DNA of 64,000 bases from Chrysomallon squamiferum (taxonomy: Eukaryota; Animalia; Mollusca). The stretch is from NCBI GenBank assembly GCA_012295275.1, contig CM022670.1, positions 3,410,001-3,474,000 of the forward strand, read 5' to 3'. The notes beneath the pieces are model-generated. The model saw only the letters and a list, made by a program, of their open reading frames with translations, was not told where the DNA came from and did not search any database. A program made the position numbers and the translations under genes. This document shows, in pieces, positions 63,984-64,000 of the stretch; position 1 is the stretch's first letter; every line of letters begins with the position of its first letter.

Positions 63984-64000
63984 GTAAGATTAAAATTATT

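Overview
AT-rich, intron-rich animal (invertebrate-like) genomic DNA with many microsatellites and two 200-N scaffold gaps (15659-15858, 57064-57263). The main content is a four-copy anoctamin/TMEM16 array in alternating orientation. Copy A (+, exons 1-5, disrupted) and copy B (-, exon 1 only) converge on gap 1 as the inner ends of a roughly 10.5-11.4 kb inverted duplication. Copy C (-, 54230-36563) can be spliced by hand into a complete 21-exon, 864-aa protein. Copy D (+, from 58323, frameshifted) diverges from C across gap 2 and runs off the window. The anoctamin has an atypical TM6-TM8 Ca2+ site, short extracellular loops and two possible C-termini. Each inverted arm carries a decayed ISL2EU-like (PIF/Harbinger group) transposon whose THAP-DDE transposase and SWIM-YqaJ exonuclease genes sit inside each other's introns. 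A long-TIR Sola2-like element lies in intron 18 of copy C, and there are small MITEs and several template-switch-like rearrangements. All exon models and family assignments were made by eye. Some of the copy number may be an assembly or haplotype artefact.
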